Counted from the first letter of the stretch, positions 8,809-18,550 are shown. The stretch: 64,000 nt of DNA from Gemmatimonadales bacterium (GCA_050733215.1 JBOHSN010000001.1:1487-65486), one strand, 5' to 3'. Notes: generated by a model from the sequence alone, not told the origin. Translations and numbers: made by a program.

Positions 8809-10065
8809 TCAGGCCGCGATGGCGGTGCTGCTGACGTCGTCCGCAGGAGACAGCGCGCGCCGGGTGTAGCGGTCGTAGAACGCACGGGCTTCGTCCAGGT
8901 GCGCCGGGTGCACGAAGCTGGTGCCGAGGGCGCGACAGCCGCCGAGCGCGATCTCGAACAGCGCATCCGCCGTCCGCGCGATCGCCGGATCGCGCAGGCC
9001 GTCGCGGCCCGCGTGCTCCAGCAGCGCCGGGTCGGGCGCGGGCACCAGATCGAGCGCCGCGCGCGAGGCGTGCGGATCGTATGCGAGGCCTGCGAGAAAC
9101 GCGATCGGCGCCGCATACCAGGCCGGATCTACGGCATCGGCCGAGCGCACCTCGCAGTGTCCGCGCGGGCGCACCTCGGGGAAGAGCGTCGAGAGATGCG
9201 TCTCCCACTCGTCCAGCAAAGGGTTGGCGCGAACCAGCCACTCGCCGAACGGCAGACAGGAGCCGCCTACGGTCGGGAGCAGGATCGCCGGGGCGGCGAG
9301 GGCGAAGTCGAGATACGCCTGCGCCGGCCGGGCGCCGTCGAACGGCAGGCCCGTGCGCCGCGGATCGAGCCGGCGCCACGCGTGCGCCCGGAAGCTCTGG
9401 TGGCCCGTGGGGCTCCCCGCGTACACCGGCGAGCTCGCGAAGATGGCCGTCACGTACGGCGCGATCGCGTTCAGCAGGCGCCACCGCGCCCTCGGCTCGT
9501 CGTCGAAGTCGAGGCTGACCTGGATGGACGCGGTCTGCCGCATCATCACGCCGCCGAAGGGGCTGATGGTCGCGAAATGCTCCGCCATCCGGTGATACCG
9601 TTTGCTGTCGAACAGCAGCGGAGCGTCGGCCTGGCTGTTGTGGGGGTCGATCCCGCTGGACAGCAGCTCGATCCCCTCGGCGCCGGCTGCGGCCCGAAGC
9701 GGGAGCACCACAGAGCGGAGCCGGTTCACCAGCGCGGTCACCGAGCGGCTCGGTGGCGCGGCGTACTCGATCTGTCCGCCGGGCTCGAAGCCGATCGTCC
9801 CGCCGCCGCGCACGAGGAAGCACGGCACGCCCTTCGGCGTGCAGGTCTCGCCCCAACCCTGCCGGGCGGCGAAGCGCCGGAGGAACGGCAGAATGGCCGG
9901 GCCGCTCTCACCCCCGAGCGGCAGCCGCCGGCCGCTCGCGGCGTCCAGCGGGATCAGCTCGACCTCCGCCCCGATCCGCCGCGGGGTCAGCGATGCCATC
10001 GCCGGGGCCGTGAAGATGCTGCCCTCCAGATGCGCGAGCAGGTCGCAGCGCGAAAGGCGCCTCAT
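8809..10065 (-). CDS. egtA: glutamate-cysteine ligase family protein (EgtA-like, GCS2 family)
   Basis: 418 aa with GAEVELIPL, GFEPGGQIEYAAPP and LSTLFPEVRPRGHCEVRSADA, typical of the GCS2/EgtA family. Its ATG overlaps the egtD stop (ATGA). Confidence 0.8.
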   Translation of the reverse strand: MRRLSRCDLLAHLEGSIFTAPAMASLTPRRIGAEVELIPLDAASGRRLPLGGESGPAILPFLRRFAARQGWGETCTPKGVPCFLVRGGGTIGFEPGGQIEYAAPPSRSVTALVNRLRSVVLPLRAAAGAEGIELLSSGIDPHNSQADAPLLFDSKRYHRMAEHFATISPFGGVMMRQTASIQVSLDFDDEPRARWRLLNAIAPYVTAIFASSPVYAGSPTGHQSFRAHAWRRLDPRRTGLPFDGARPAQAYLDFALAAPAILLPTVGGSCLPFGEWLVRANPLLDEWETHLSTLFPEVRPRGHCEVRSADAVDPAWYAAPIAFLAGLAYDPHASRAALDLVPAPDPALLEHAGRDGLRDPAIARTADALFEIALGGCRALGTSFVHPAHLDEARAFYDRYTRRALSPADDVSSTAIAA

Positions 10066-11024
10066 ACGGGCGCTCCCACGGCCAGCACGAAGCGGCGCGC
10101 GGCATCGGTCTGCCAGGCGTCGAGGTGGAGCCCCGCCGCGGAGAAGACCGCGGCAAGGCTGGGCAGGTCGTGCTTGCAGCTGATCTCGGTGCGGATCGAT
10201 TCTCCTTCGGCGAAACGCACTTCACCGATCCCGGGAACCGCTACCCGATGGGCCGAGCGCGCCACGAGGTGCATCTCGATGCGGTGCGCCTCGCGGTCGT
10301 AGAACGCGCGGTGCTCGAACGCGTCGGGGTCGAAGTCGGCGGCGAGCTCGTAGTTCAGCACGCGCAGCATGTTGCGGTTGAACTCGGCGGTCACGCCCGT
10401 CGCGTCGTTGTACGCCGCCTCGATCACCGCTGGATCCTTCCGCAGGTCCGCGCCGATCAGGAACCGGTCCCCGGAGCGCATCGCGCCGCGCACGCGGGCG
10501 AGGAGCCGGATGGCGGCCGGCGGATAGAAGTTGCCGATGGTGCTGCCGAGGAAGATGAAGAGCGCCGGGGCGGGCAGCGGTCGCGGGACGGTCAGTTCCT
10601 CGGCGATATCCGCCACCGCAGGCGTCACGGTGAGGCCGGGGTACTCGCGCCGGAGCCGGTCCGCCGTTTCCCGGAGGAAGGCCGCGCTCACGTCTATCGG
10701 GACGTAGAGCTCGGCGGTGCCCGCCGCCCGCATCGCATCGAGAACGATGTGCGTCTTCTCGGCGCTGCCGGCGCCGAGCTCTACCAGCGCCCGCGTGCGA
10801 AGCGACGGAATCAGGCGCGGCATCCAGCCCTCGAGGAGCGCCCGCTCGGCGCGCGTGAGGTAGTACTCGGGAAGCCGCGTGATCTCCTCGAAGAGCTCGG
10901 ACCCGCGGTGATCGTAGAAATACTTGGGCGGCAGCTCCTTCTGCGGAGCGGACAGACCGGCCGCGACCTCGGCCAGCATCCGAGGGTTGGCCCGTGGGGC
11001 GGTGACTCTGGCTGCGTTTGTCAT
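10062..11024 (-). CDS. egtD: L-histidine N-alpha-methyltransferase
   Basis: 320 aa. PPKYFYDHRGSELFEEITRLPEYYLTRAERALL and ELGAGSAEKT are hallmark EgtD motifs. Confidence 0.92.
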   Translation of the reverse strand: MTNAARVTAPRANPRMLAEVAAGLSAPQKELPPKYFYDHRGSELFEEITRLPEYYLTRAERALLEGWMPRLIPSLRTRALVELGAGSAEKTHIVLDAMRAAGTAELYVPIDVSAAFLRETADRLRREYPGLTVTPAVADIAEELTVPRPLPAPALFIFLGSTIGNFYPPAAIRLLARVRGAMRSGDRFLIGADLRKDPAVIEAAYNDATGVTAEFNRNMLRVLNYELAADFDPDAFEHRAFYDREAHRIEMHLVARSAHRVAVPGIGEVRFAEGESIRTEISCKHDLPSLAAVFSAAGLHLDAWQTDAARRFVLAVGAPV

Positions 11025-11037
11025 CCTCGGTTCCTCA

Positions 11038-12360
11038 TCACGCGTCGCGCGCGCAGCGAAAGCCGCTGAAGATCTGGCGGCGGATGGGGTAGTCCCAGTT
11101 GCGGAAAGTGTTGCGGATGGCGCCCGGCCGCGTGGCCCACGAGCCGCCGCGAAGGACCTTGTATTCGGATCCGAAGAAGACCTCGGAATATTCGGCGTAG
11201 GGATGGGGGCGGAAGCCGGGATGGCCCGTGAAGTCGCTCGCGGTCCATTCCCAGACGTCGCCGATCATGCCATAGCAGCCCACTGGAGAGCGGTTCCGTT
11301 CGTACGCGCCCACCGGGGCGGTATCGAACGCGAGTTGGTCCACGTTGGCGAGCGCGGGCGTCGGGGGCTCGTCGCCCCAGGGATACGCGCGCGCAGTGCC
11401 GGTGGCGAGATCCCACGACGCGGCGGCCTCCCACTCGGCTTCGGTCGGGAGGCGCTTCCCCGCGAAGCGCGCGTAGGCGTCGGCCTCGTACCACGCGACG
11501 TGACACACGGGCCGGCTCCGATCGAGCGGCCGCACCAGATCCATCGTGCGGGTCCGCCACTCGCCGTCGTCGCGATACCAGTGCTTGGGGGCCGAGACAC
11601 CGGCCGCCTGGAGCCACGTCCAGCCCGCGTCGGACCACCAGTCGCGCCGGCAATAGCCGCCGGCCTCGATGAACTCGAGAAACGCCGCGTTGGTCACGGG
11701 GGTCACGTCGATCCAGAACGGGCGGAGGCGCACGGCATACCGCGGCCGCTCGTTGTCGTACGCGGCGCTCCGGTCGTCGGTGCCGAGCTCGACCGATCCG
11801 CCGGCGAACCGGACCATCGCGCCGGGGGGCACGAGCTCGCGGCCCACCGGAAGCGCGCGACGCTCGACCGGCGTGTAGGGAGCGCCCTGCTTGAGCTGCA
11901 GAGTCTGGAGGATCGTCTCGCCGTGCTGGTATTCGTGCTGCAGCACCATGTGGTACACGTACCCTTCGCGGAGGAGCTCGCTCCCGCCCTCGACGTCGAC
12001 GTCCCGCAGGCGCGCGAGCACCCGGGCGCGGATGTCGCCCAGCGTCTCCCGCACCTCCGCCAGTCCCGGCAAGCGGAGCTGGCCGCGCACCCGGCGCGGA
12101 TGCTCGAACGGGTTGTACAGGCCCGGCATCTCGGTGAACTCGATCGCACCGTCGAGGTTCCGGGTCAGCCATAGCTCCTCGAAGGCGGCGATGTGTCCCA
12201 GGTCCCAGGCCACCGGGCTCATCAGCGGGTCGTGCTGCCGGTGCAGGTCGTCTTCCGAGAGGGGTGCCACGATCTCGAGCGTGCGCTCGCGCGCCTCGGC
12301 CAAACTCGACGCGAGACGGTCCCGGAGACGGTTCGAGGTCGCAAGAAGAGTTGGAGTCAT
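11038..12360 (-). CDS. egtB: ergothioneine biosynthesis sulfoxide synthase (hercynine oxygenase)
   Basis: 440 aa with an N-terminal DinB_2-like domain (MSPVAWDLGHIAAFEELW) and a C-terminal FGE-sulfatase domain (GCYGMIGDVWEWT, VLRGGSWATRP). Confidence 0.92.
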   Translation of the reverse strand: MTPTLLATSNRLRDRLASSLAEARERTLEIVAPLSEDDLHRQHDPLMSPVAWDLGHIAAFEELWLTRNLDGAIEFTEMPGLYNPFEHPRRVRGQLRLPGLAEVRETLGDIRARVLARLRDVDVEGGSELLREGYVYHMVLQHEYQHGETILQTLQLKQGAPYTPVERRALPVGRELVPPGAMVRFAGGSVELGTDDRSAAYDNERPRYAVRLRPFWIDVTPVTNAAFLEFIEAGGYCRRDWWSDAGWTWLQAAGVSAPKHWYRDDGEWRTRTMDLVRPLDRSRPVCHVAWYEADAYARFAGKRLPTEAEWEAAASWDLATGTARAYPWGDEPPTPALANVDQLAFDTAPVGAYERNRSPVGCYGMIGDVWEWTASDFTGHPGFRPHPYAEYSEVFFGSEYKVLRGGSWATRPGAIRNTFRNWDYPIRRQIFSGFRCARDA

Positions 12361-12370
12361 CCGGGGCTCC

Positions 12371-13768
12371 TCACGCGTCGAGCGTGGCGAACAGATTATT
12401 GAGGGACTCGGCCAACAGAGGATGGGCGAACACGGCCTCGCGCAATGTGTCGCAGGTCACATTCCCCATCATAGCCATCTGGAAGACCGACATCAGCTCG
12501 CCGCCTTCGATGCCCAGCACGGCCGCTCCGAGAATCCGGCGCGATCCGGCATCCACCACGGCCTTCATGAAGCCGCGGGACTCGTCCATCTCGAGGGCGC
12601 GCGCGACGTAGCTCATGGGCATCTTCGCCACCTTCACGTCGAGTCCTCGCTTCCGGGCGTCCTTCTCGCTCAGGCCCACTCGGCCGAGCTGCGGATCAAT
12701 GAACACCGTGTAAGGGACCAGCCGGTCGCGGGTCGTGGCCCCGCCGCCGTTCAGCAGATTGTCGCGCACGACACGGTAGTCATCGTACGAGATGTGGGTG
12801 AACTGTGGCCCGCCCTTGACGTCACCCAGGGCATAGACGCCCTCTGCCGTGGTCTCGAGCCGCTCGTTCGCCTTCACGTAGCCCTGCGCGTCGGTTTCGA
12901 CTCCGGCAGCAGCGCAGTCGAGCGTCTCGGTATTGGGCGAGCGGCCGGCCGCGAGCAAGAGATGCGACCCCTCCAGCGCGCGATCACCTTCGGGCGTCCG
13001 GATACCGAGCCGGACGCCGTCACCCGCGGGCTCCACGCAGCGGGCGTCGGCGCTGGTGATGATGTCGAGGCCGTCCTGCTCGAGAATGACGCGCACCTCG
13101 GCGGCGATGTCCTCGTCCTCGAGCGGGAGTAGCTGGGCGTTCCGCTGCACCACCGTGATCCGGCTCCCGAAGCGCCGGAACATCTGGGCGAACTCGAGTC
13201 CGATGTATCCGCCGCCCATGACGAGCAGATGGGCGGGCAGGTTCCCCAGCTCCATTATGGAGGTCGAGTCAAGGGCGGGCACGCGGGCCAGGCCCTCGAG
13301 CTTCGGCCGCGCGGAGCGCCCGCCGGTGTTGATGAAGACGAGATCGGCGGAGATCCGGCGCGTCGCGCCACCGTTCGAGGTCGAGCGGACCTCGACGGCG
13401 CGCGGGCCGATGAAGCGGGCGTCGCCGAACAGGAGGTCGAGGCGCTCCGTGCTCTCGAGCCGTTGCTGGCTGCCGCCGCGGAAGCTCTCGACGATGGCGC
13501 GCTTCCGCTCCCGGACTCGCGCCAGATCCACGGCGATCGGGCCGGTGCGCACGCCGTAGTCGGCACCGCGCCGGGCCAGATACGCGACCCGGGCGCTCGC
13601 CACCATGGTCTTGGTGGGCGTACAGCCCTCGTTGATGCAGGTGCCGCCGACGTGGGTGCGCTCGACCAGCAGGGTGCGGCGACCCGCAGCCGCGAGTGCG
13701 CGGGCAAGCGGCACCCCGCCCTGCCCGGCCCCGATGATCAACGCGTCGTAGTGGCTCGTGAGTGTCAT
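12371..13768 (-). CDS. class I pyridine nucleotide-disulfide oxidoreductase (glutathione/mycothione/mercuric reductase-like)
   Basis: [15 protein letters not shown] motif and redox-active [13 protein letters not shown] (CxxxxC). The C-terminal dimerisation domain has HPLLAE. I prefer ATG 13768 over 13801. Its stop lies 10 nt upstream of the egtB start. Confidence 0.88.
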   Translation of the reverse strand: MTLTSHYDALIIGAGQGGVPLARALAAAGRRTLLVERTHVGGTCINEGCTPTKTMVASARVAYLARRGADYGVRTGPIAVDLARVRERKRAIVESFRGGSQQRLESTERLDLLFGDARFIGPRAVEVRSTSNGGATRRISADLVFINTGGRSARPKLEGLARVPALDSTSIMELGNLPAHLLVMGGGYIGLEFAQMFRRFGSRITVVQRNAQLLPLEDEDIAAEVRVILEQDGLDIITSADARCVEPAGDGVRLGIRTPEGDRALEGSHLLLAAGRSPNTETLDCAAAGVETDAQGYVKANERLETTAEGVYALGDVKGGPQFTHISYDDYRVVRDNLLNGGGATTRDRLVPYTVFIDPQLGRVGLSEKDARKRGLDVKVAKMPMSYVARALEMDESRGFMKAVVDAGSRRILGAAVLGIEGGELMSVFQMAMMGNVTCDTLREAVFAHPLLAESLNNLFATLDA

Positions 13769-14143
13769 AGGGACGTGTCCTGCCCAGGTATCCGGGAACA
13801 TGCGTCTAACGCCGGCGTTCCGCGAATGGTTCCGAGACTGAACGCTGCCCAGGGGCGTAACTGGATCGTATCTTCGGAAGCCTGGGTGGGATGAATCGAG
13901 GCGGCCGCGCCTCGGGAGCGCAGCGCCGGCTGCCGGCGCTCGTTCGCGGATCGGGACGCTTGACCGGCCGGGGAACGCGACACATCATGCCAACGCTGTG
14001 CTCACTGGGGTGCGTGGCGCTGGTCGGCGCGCGGTAGACGAGCTGCTGAGCGCTCGAGCAGGTAAGGGCGACGCAGTTGTAGTTTGACGCGCGGAGGTAG
14101 CTCGTCCAAGCGCATGCCTGTCACCGACAACCACGGAGGCAGT

Positions 14144-14566
14144 ATGAACCGGAAGCTCCTCTTTGCCTGGCTCATCGTCTTCATCGCCTGGATGGTCGGC
14201 AGCTTCATCGTCCACGGCACGTTGCTGGCAGCCGACTACGCCCAGCTGCCCAACCTCTTCCGGCCCGAAGCCGAGTCACAGCAACATTTTCCGCTCATGA
14301 TCCTGGCGCACGTGATGCTGGCCGGTGCGTTCGTGTGGATCTACTCGCGCGGCGTGGAGAACACGCCCTGGCTCCCGCAGGGCCTTCGCTTCGGCCTGGC
14401 GGTCGCCTTTCTGACGGTCGTGCCGACCTATATCATCTACTACGTGGTGCAGCCGATGCCCGGCGCCCACGTGGTCAAGCAGATCGTCTACGACACCATT
14501 CTCATGGTGCTCCTCGGCGCTCTCGCGGCGTTCCTCATCCGCGGTCCGGTGACCCGCGGGGCGTAG
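14144..14566 (+). CDS. hypothetical 4-TM membrane protein
   Basis: ATG at 14144 preceded by GGAGG (14135..14139). The translation MNRKLLFAWLIVFIAWMVGSFIVHG... has four hydrophobic helices. Confidence 0.7.
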   Translation: MNRKLLFAWLIVFIAWMVGSFIVHGTLLAADYAQLPNLFRPEAESQQHFPLMILAHVMLAGAFVWIYSRGVENTPWLPQGLRFGLAVAFLTVVPTYIIYYVVQPMPGAHVVKQIVYDTILMVLLGALAAFLIRGPVTRGA

Positions 14567-14594
14567 CGCCGGCGTCTGTGGGCGAGAACGGCGC

Positions 14595-14875
14595 TCACGG
14601 CGCGCACCCGACGCCGACGGCCTCCTCCTCGCCCGACGACAGGGTCACCGTCTGCGTCGCCGGCACCGGCACATAGGTGGTCGCGCCGGCGGTGACCGAA
14701 GCGGCCGTCACTCCATAGTCGCCGGGCGCGAGCTGGGCGAAGGTCCGCGTCTCGGGCACCGTCTGCCCATAGTTGCCCGGGCAACTGTGAGCCGCGCCGG
14801 GTTCGGGCTGGCCCCGGTGGTCTCGTACCCGCAGCCGGCCGCGAGCGTTCACGCCAGGCGCCAGGAGACTCTCAT
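14595..14875 (-). pseudogene. decayed small lipoprotein gene (single Ig-like/beta-sandwich-like domain)
   Basis: ATG at 14875..14873 overlaps the serC stop (ATGA). It reads MRVSWRLA, then an in-frame TGA, then TLAAGCGYETTGASPNPARLTV (lipobox LAAGC). The sequence then continues in another frame as PGNYGQTVPETRTFAQLAPGDYGVTAASVTAGATTYVPVPATQTVTLSSG. That is one stop plus one frameshift by manual reading. Confidence 0.35.
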
Positions 14876-15978
14876 GCGGTCGCCGCCGCCCCCCGGTTCG
14901 CGCGCTCGAAATCCTTCATGTAGTTCACCAGCGCCTGCACGCCGGTGCGCGGGAAGGCGTTGTAGATGCTCGCGCGCATCCCGCCGGCGGAGCGGTGCCC
15001 CTTGAGACCATCGAGCCCGCGCTTGGTCGCTTCGGCCACGAACTTGGCCTCGAGATCCTCGGTGGGCGCGCGGAAGCAGACGTTCATGAGCGAGCGGCTG
15101 TCCGGGCGAGCCGTCCCCCGGAAGAAGTCGCTCTGGTCCAGGTAGTCGTACAGGATCCTGGCCTTTTCGGTGTTCTGGTCCGCCATGGTCCGGAGCCCGC
15201 CGAGGTCCTGGATCCACTTGAACACCTGCCCCATCAGGTAGATCCCGAACGTATTCGGCGTGTTGTACATCGATTTCTCGGCGACGTGCGTCCGGTACTG
15301 CAGCATGGTCGGGAGGTCCTTCGGGCCCGCCTCGACGAGATCGTCGCGGATGATCACGAGCACTACCCCCGCGGGCCCCAGGTTCTTCTGGGCGCCGGCG
15401 TAGATCAGCCCGTACTTGGACACGTCGATGGGCCGGCTGAACATATCGCTTGACGTGTCGGCAATGAGCGGCACGCCGGCCGGGACGTCGGGTTCCGAGG
15501 CCCACTGGGTCCCGAAGATGGTGTTGTTCGTGGTGACGTGCACGTACGCCGGCCGCTCGGAGTAGCGGATGGCGCTCTGCGCGGGGATGTAGCTGAAGTT
15601 CTGGTCCCCGCTCGAGGCCGCCTCGTGCACCTTGCCAATGAGCTTGGCCTCCTTGACCGCCTTTTGCGACCAGATGCCGGTCACGAGGTAGTCGGCCATG
15701 CCGCCCTTCGGCAGGAAATTCATCGGGATCATCGCGAACTGGAGCGACGCGCCGCCCTGGAGAAAGAGCACGCGATACCCGTCCGGGATGCCGGCGAGCT
15801 CGCGGCACGCCTGCTCCGCCTCGTCCGCCACCTTGTCGAACACCTTGCCGCGGTGGCTGTGCTCCAGCACCCCAATGCCGCTGCCGGCGATGTTCCAGAT
15901 GTCCTGCTGTGCCTGCTTCAGCACCGGCTCGGGCAGTGTGGCCGGCCCCGCGCTGAAGTTGTAAATGCGGTCGCTCAC
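14872..15978 (-). CDS. serC: phosphoserine aminotransferase
   Basis: 368 aa. [20 protein letters not shown] and GGASLQF are typical SerC motifs. Confidence 0.95.
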   Translation of the reverse strand: MSDRIYNFSAGPATLPEPVLKQAQQDIWNIAGSGIGVLEHSHRGKVFDKVADEAEQACRELAGIPDGYRVLFLQGGASLQFAMIPMNFLPKGGMADYLVTGIWSQKAVKEAKLIGKVHEAASSGDQNFSYIPAQSAIRYSERPAYVHVTTNNTIFGTQWASEPDVPAGVPLIADTSSDMFSRPIDVSKYGLIYAGAQKNLGPAGVVLVIIRDDLVEAGPKDLPTMLQYRTHVAEKSMYNTPNTFGIYLMGQVFKWIQDLGGLRTMADQNTEKARILYDYLDQSDFFRGTARPDSRSLMNVCFRAPTEDLEAKFVAEATKRGLDGLKGHRSAGGMRASIYNAFPRTGVQALVNYMKDFERANRGAAATA

Positions 15979-17196
15979 CTACTTCCTCCCGTCGATCTCG
16001 GTCAGCTCGACGCTGATGATGTTCTCGTTGGCCCGGCGCACTGCCTCGAGCGCATCGGCGCCGGGACCCGCGTCGAGATGGATGCGCGCCAGCGTCGCGT
16101 GCGCGCCGTGATAGATGATGTTCTCGACTTCCTCGACGTTGATCGTGCGGTCGGCGAGGATACGGAACACGTCCGCCAGCACGCCGGGGCGGTTCTTGTG
16201 CCGCACCGCGAGGATGTGCGTGGCGGCACTCTTGGCCAGGCGATTCACGCAGTTGGGGACGCTGCCCTCCTGGATGAACTCGTGCACGATCCGGACGACC
16301 TCGTGCGCGATGGCCACCTGCGCCTGCTCGGTGGACGCGCCCACGTGGTGGGTGCCGTACACGCCCGGCTGCTTCGCCAGGGCGCTGTCCCAGGACCCGC
16401 TTCCGCCGGCCGGCTCGTTCTGGAAGACGTCGAGCCCGGCCCGGATGCCCTTCTCCTTGACGGCGGCCGCGAGCGCCGCCTCGTCCACCACGGTGCCGCG
16501 AGCCGTATTGATGAGATACGCGCCCGGCTTCATCGCCGCCAGGAACTCGGCGTTCACCAGTTGCTTGGTCTCGGCATTCGCCGCGACGTTGATGGAGACC
16601 GCGTCGCTCACGCGGGCGACCTCGAGCGGCGTCTGGCAGTAGCGGAGTCCCAGCCGGTCCGCCTCCTCGTGGGTGAGATTGCGCGACCACGCGGCGACGT
16701 GCATCCCGAACGCCTTGGCGCGGCTCGCGATCTCCCGGCCGATCTGGCCGAGCCCCACGATGCCGAAGGTGCGCCCATGCAGGCCGCGTGCCTTGGAGTA
16801 CTCCGCCTTGTTCCACTTGCCCGCGCGGAGATCGGCCACCTGGTCGGGAATGCTGCGGTCGCACGACAGCAGCAGTCCGAGGACCAGCTCGGCGACGGCC
16901 ACCGAGTTCTTTCCGGGACAGTTGGAGACGAAGATGCCGAGGTCCGACGCGGCGTTCACGTCGATGGTGTCGATGCCCGCCCCCGCCCGGATCACCAGCC
17001 CGAGGCTCGCCCCCAACCTGAGCGCCTCCGCGCTCACTTTGGTGCTCCGCACGATCAGGATGTTCGGGTCATGCTGCTTGAGCGCGGCCGGCAGCGTGTC
17101 GGGCGTGAGGTCGGGCTGCGAGAGCACGATACAGCCGAGCTCCTTGAGCCCGTCGATGCCGACCGTCTCGAACTTGTCGGCTATGAGAACCTTCAT
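15979..17196 (-). CDS. serA: D-3-phosphoglycerate dehydrogenase with C-terminal ACT domain
   Basis: 405 aa with GIVGLGQIGREIA (NAD-binding GxGxxG) and a C-terminal ACT-like region (HILAVRHKNRPGVLADVFRIL). Its stop abuts the serC start with a 0-nt gap. Confidence 0.93.
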   Translation of the reverse strand: MKVLIADKFETVGIDGLKELGCIVLSQPDLTPDTLPAALKQHDPNILIVRSTKVSAEALRLGASLGLVIRAGAGIDTIDVNAASDLGIFVSNCPGKNSVAVAELVLGLLLSCDRSIPDQVADLRAGKWNKAEYSKARGLHGRTFGIVGLGQIGREIASRAKAFGMHVAAWSRNLTHEEADRLGLRYCQTPLEVARVSDAVSINVAANAETKQLVNAEFLAAMKPGAYLINTARGTVVDEAALAAAVKEKGIRAGLDVFQNEPAGGSGSWDSALAKQPGVYGTHHVGASTEQAQVAIAHEVVRIVHEFIQEGSVPNCVNRLAKSAATHILAVRHKNRPGVLADVFRILADRTINVEEVENIIYHGAHATLARIHLDAGPGADALEAVRRANENIISVELTEIDGRK

Positions 17197-17298
17197 GGCT
17201 ATCCGCTATCCGCTATCCGCCCGCTCCGCCACCGCTCGTCGGGTCGCGCGGGGCACCAAGCCGCCGCGGAGAGAGCGGATAGCGGATAGCGGATAGCC
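17197..17298. repeat. hairpin with a perfect 24-bp stem of CGCTATC heptads
   Basis: GGCTATCCGCTATCCGCTATCCGC (17197..17220) is the exact reverse complement of 17275..17298, with a 54-nt loop. It fills the whole gap between the DUF1015 stop (17298..17300) and the serA ATG (17196..17194). Confidence 0.95.
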
Positions 17299-18524
17299 TA
17301 GTCCAATTCATGCACAAACAGCCCGCTCCTGAGCTTCGGCTCGAACCACGTGCTCTTCGGCGGCATGATGCCGCCCGCGTCCGACACCGCCATCAGCTGC
17401 TCGACGGTCGTCGGGTACATCGCCACGCCCAGCGCCATCTCGCCCGAGCGCACCCGCCGCTCGAGCTCGCCCGTGCCGCGAATGCCCCCCACGAAGTCGA
17501 TCCGCCTGTCGGTCCGCGGATCGCCGATGCCGAGGAGCGGACTGAGCACCCGGTCCTGCAGCAGGCTCACGTCGAGCGAGCCGATCGGGTCGGCGCGGTC
17601 GATCGAGGACGGATCGAGGGTGAGCCGATGCCAGCGGCGGTCGAAGAACAGGCCGAAGCTGCCCGGCGCCGGTGGCGCTGGGTCCGATACCGCCTCGATC
17701 CGTCCGAGCGTCCGCAGCCGGTCGGCGAATGCCGCGGCCGTGAGACGGTTCAGGTCCTTCGCCAGCCGGTTGTACGGCAGGATCCTGAGCTGGTCCGCAG
17801 GGAAGCTGACCGCGAGAAACCAGTTGTACTCCTCGTCGCCCCGATGCGCCGGGTTGGCGGCCTTGCGCTCCCGGCCCGCGCGCCAGGCGCTGGCGGAACG
17901 GTGGTGCCCGTCGGCCACGTACGCGAGGGGCACCGCGCAGAATGCCCTGACCCACGCGGAAGCATCGGGCACCCGCCAGACCGTGTGACCGACGCCGTCC
18001 GGCGCGGTGAAGTCGTACAGCGGCGGCCCCTGCACGGCGGAGCGCGTCAAGTCGTCGAGCTCGGGTCGCGGACGATACGTGAGCAACACCGGCTCCGCAT
18101 GCGCATTGAGCGTGAGCACGTGCCGCGTCCGATCGTCTTCCTTGTCCTTCCGCGTCTTCTCGTGCTTCCGGATCACGTCGTGCTCGTAGTCGTCCACGTG
18201 CACGCAGCCGACGATCCCCGTCTGCGCCCGGCCATCCATCTCCTGGCGATAAAGCAGCAGGCCGGGCTCCCGCTCCCGCTCCAGCGTGCCGCTGGCGACC
18301 AGGCGGTCGAGCGCGGCCCGCGCAGCGGCGTAGATCCGCGGGTCGTGGGGATCGGTGTCGGCCGGCAGATCGATGTCGGACCGGCCGACGTGGAGGAAGC
18401 TGTGCGGGTTCCCCGCCGCAAGCGCCACCGCCTCGTCCCGGCTCACCACGTCGTACGGCACCGCGGCCACCTGGGCCGCCAGCTCGGGCCGCGGACGCAG
18501 GGCGCGGAACGGGTTCAGGCGCAT
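17298..18524 (-). CDS. DUF1015 family protein
   Basis: MRLNPFRALRPRPELAAQVAAVPYDVVS... and the HEKTRKDKEDDRTRH block are typical of DUF1015. I prefer ATG 18524. An alternative GTG at 18554 overlaps the qor stop (GTGA). Confidence 0.85.
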   Translation of the reverse strand: MRLNPFRALRPRPELAAQVAAVPYDVVSRDEAVALAAGNPHSFLHVGRSDIDLPADTDPHDPRIYAAARAALDRLVASGTLEREREPGLLLYRQEMDGRAQTGIVGCVHVDDYEHDVIRKHEKTRKDKEDDRTRHVLTLNAHAEPVLLTYRPRPELDDLTRSAVQGPPLYDFTAPDGVGHTVWRVPDASAWVRAFCAVPLAYVADGHHRSASAWRAGRERKAANPAHRGDEEYNWFLAVSFPADQLRILPYNRLAKDLNRLTAAAFADRLRTLGRIEAVSDPAPPAPGSFGLFFDRRWHRLTLDPSSIDRADPIGSLDVSLLQDRVLSPLLGIGDPRTDRRIDFVGGIRGTGELERRVRSGEMALGVAMYPTTVEQLMAVSDAGGIMPPKSTWFEPKLRSGLFVHELD

Positions 18525-18550
18525 GGAACCACAAAGTAAGCGGTGACCGC

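Noticed and set aside
13802-14143. Divergent spacer with two short GC-rich palindromes (CGAGGCG..CGCCTCG and GCGCCGG..CCGGCGC) and weak TTGACC/TTGACG boxes
   Set aside because: The promoter hexamers have poor -10 partners and the palindromes are short. There is not enough to call a regulatory site.
14849-17289. Long alternative-frame ORFs (14849..16864 minus, 15538..17289 plus) over serC and serA
   Set aside because: serC and serA translations carry textbook motifs. The alternatives are Arg/Gly/Pro-rich shadows.
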